Source: Bilabrum cf. latius
Lineage: Eukaryota
Assembly (NCBI GenBank): GCA_965178125.1
Contig: OZ237741.1
Span: forward strand, 1,240,001-1,304,000
Length of the DNA: 64,000 nt
Direction of reading: 5' to 3'
The translations under genes and the position numbers were made by a program. Shown one piece after another: positions 61,856 to 64,000 of this stretch (position 1 is the stretch's first letter; each line of letters begins with the position of its first letter). Under the pieces are notes generated by a model. The model worked only from the letters and a program-made list of their open reading frames with translations. It was not told the origin of the DNA and made no database searches.

Positions 61856-64000
61856 CCAATCCCCTGCCCTCGTCACCTTGAGCCCCGCCCCTGTCGCTGC
61901 CCCGAGCCGAAGCGCCGCCAGTGTCCGCCTGCTTGCCCGCAGATCCGCCGTCCAGTGCAGCCGCGATGGCCTGCCCCGCCACTGCCACCGCCTGCGCCGA
62001 GGAAATGGCGCCGAACACGCCGTCAGTAGCGAGCAGCAGGAACGTGTCCGCGCGAGCGATGTGACGAGTGACGCACTCCGCGTGCGGAACCACCCCCACT
62101 AGCTTGCCTTGCCCGAACCCCAGGCCACGGGATAGGGCCAGGCCGGGGCCCAGCTCACCGGGAGCTCCAGAGAACACGCGGGGCACCAGCCCGCGGGTGC
62201 CATCGTCGAACCGCATGCACTCCACCCGCCCCCCCGCCGCCACCAGCCGCTTGCGCTCGTCTGGCCTGCCCGGGCGATGGTCCAGCGTCAGCGGGGTTGC
62301 CACTACGGAACCTCCCCGGCGCCGCGCAGCCTCCTCCTCGAACCTCCGCGCCCTCTCCAGCGCTGCCTCGAATCGTTGAAGCACAGCCTCCCGGGCGACC
62401 GACCTCTGCACGCGCAGCTGGTGCCTCGCGGAGAGGTCTGGTACCAGGGCACCGCTTGTTCCCTGGGCCTCTTCAACCCCACCGGGTGCAGGCGCGGCCC
62501 CCGCCGCCCCCCGCAGCATCTGCACCACCTGCTCCACCCCAGCGGCGGTGACCCCACCCTCCCCTCCGCCGACACCCCCCCCCCCATGGCCCGTCCCAGG
62601 CCGACTCAGGGGCCTGCCATCCTCGTCGTGGTACCGCAGTGACCGAGCCACGGCAGGCGGCACCGCGGGAAACTCGGGGAAACTCACGCTGCCCTCTGTC
62701 CGCCTACCCCACCCATCTGATGCTGCGCCCCCTTGACCGTGCCTGCCACCGCCACCCGTTGACGACGGGCGCGAGCTGATGGCAGCCTCTCCAAGCACGG
62801 TCATGGCCGTCTCGCCCAGCAGCTTCTGCGGCTCCACGCCCAGCCCTGTCGATCGACCCACCCCCGACAGGCCGGTGGACCCTCTGGAGCTCCCCGATGG
62901 ATCGACGGTACCGCCAGCACCTGCATGCAATGCACCCGCACCCACACCCCGCCCCTGCATCTTCCTCCTCCTCGCAGCGTCCATGCCCCCCTGCATGCGC
63001 CTGAGCAGGCCCGCGGGAAGTGTGGCCGCAAGATCCAGGGGCCTCTGCCCGGCCAGTGCAGCCAGCGTGTCAGCGGTCCGCGCCGCGCTGCGCGCCCTTG
63101 CCACCGATGAGCTGAAGGCAGGCGCGAGGGAGGCATCCCCCCGCGCCCCCGCCACGCACCTGCACGAGCCCACGTGCGCCACCACGACGGTGTGGCCCCT
63201 GACCAGCAGAAGACAGGCCGACGCCCCCGACATGGAGAGAACAGCGGGGCCCAGCTGCTCGAGCAGCTGCTCATCCACGCGCTCGAACGCCCGCCGCATC
63301 GTCTGCCGGCACCGCTCGCTCCACTGGGCCAGGGCTTTGGCTTGTTCCCTGAGGATCCGCTTCTTCTCGGCCGCGCTCGTGTCATGGCTGGCCTGCCGGA
63401 TGCGGGCCGCGCTCGCCTCCTCGGTCCCTACCTAATCTGGGTCTGTGCTGCCTCCAGTGGCAGTGGCAGTGGCAGAGCCGGTGCCGGGCTTGGCCCCCTG
63501 CTGCTGGCCCGCGGGAGCACCTTCCCGCTGGCCGACGGGGCCACCCGGATTCGTCCCCCCGCCGCTGGATCCGCCCCTGGATTTCAAAATGGCCCGCAGC
63601 GCGCCCTCGTTCGCCTGCCTCGAGCCCGGCTTGACGAGCCTCGCGGAGCTGGAGGACGACGTCGCTGGGCGAGAGCTCGCCGCTGAGCCGGAGGCTGCCT
63701 TATTCGGTTTCTTTTTCAGCCGTCGTTTCTTTCGGCGCTTGCATACACGCAGAAGTGGATCTTTTGTCATTATATCTGCCAATGCAGTCGGCAGCAGCTG
63801 GGCTACACGGCCAGCCACGGCACCGCCCTCCGGCCCGTGCCCATCGATCACGGCCGCCAGCAGCTGACCCGCCGCACCAAGAAAATTCTCGATCACAAGC
63901 ACCCTATCGGACGAGGGTTCACCCCCGAGGAAGCTTGGTTCTCGCAGTGCGCCTGGCACCGAGGCGCACGACCAAGGCAGGCGAGGTGCGCGATTCCTCG
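60678..64000 (-). CDS. PP2C/PPM-family phosphatase with large insertions, 5' end outside the window
   Basis: IDGHGPEG, SGASACLLLV, AHVGSCRCV, LTLDHRP...ERKRL..AGGRV, GLALSRGLG, FLLLATDGVF and DDLTAVVV. TAG at 63432; TGA stop. Confidence 0.9.

Noticed and set aside
4296-63867. Numerous long antisense or alternative-frame ORFs in the track (for example 10609-11679 -, 41236-42354 +, 53519-54784 +, 55247-57220 +)
   Set aside because: They are shadows of GC-rich coding sequence on the opposite strand or frame, with no recognisable motifs.
1-64000. Interpreting the TAG-broken genes as pseudogenes or sequencing errors
   Set aside because: Interruptions are exclusively TAG, with no frameshifts or internal TAA/TGA. 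They affect essential genes and fall on Gln-compatible positions.
1-64000. Ciliate-type code (TAA and TAG both Gln), TAG=Leu, or pyrrolysine
   Set aside because: TAA ends MRT4, MYB, the LRR-IQ gene and the acidic-repeat gene, and I saw none inside exons. The conserved EF-P and GH3 positions indicate Gln.

Overview
Gene-dense, GC-rich eukaryotic nuclear DNA with short GT-AG introns (mostly 86-124 nt) and tightly spaced divergent gene pairs. The long low-complexity Gly/Ala/Ser insertions suggest a heterotrophic stramenopile such as a Cafeteria-like bicosoecid; this is inference only. The supplied ORF track is fragmented because the organism appears to use a non-standard nuclear code. About 75 in-frame TAG codons interrupt otherwise continuous genes, including conserved essential ones. 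They fall at conserved Gln positions (EF-P HVKPGKGGAYV[TAG]LEL; GH3 MTTLEKIR[TAG]), and every gene end I could define is TGA or TAA. UAG therefore appears to encode Gln while UAA stays a stop. Read this way the window holds about 20 genes: EF-P/DUF167, a giant coiled-coil protein, a bacterial-like secreted protein, MRT4, ACOT9-like, RPL37A, ALG11, coactosin-like, MYB, COMMD, LRR-IQ, EH/synergin-like, GH116, GH3, a C2H2 zinc-finger array, a dual-specificity phosphatase, PP2C and hypotheticals. Other notable items: a DUF167 ORF nested in a predicted EF-P intron and sharing its transit-peptide exon; an apparently circularly permuted coactosin; a decayed 3.4-kb TTAA/piggyBac-like transposon; a 75-bp minisatellite bracketed by palindromic-motif clusters; a PRDM9-like homogenised zinc-finger array; and a 228-bp recent gene-fragment duplication. 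I did not recognise any tRNA, rRNA or CRISPR array. All gene models were built by hand, without searches.
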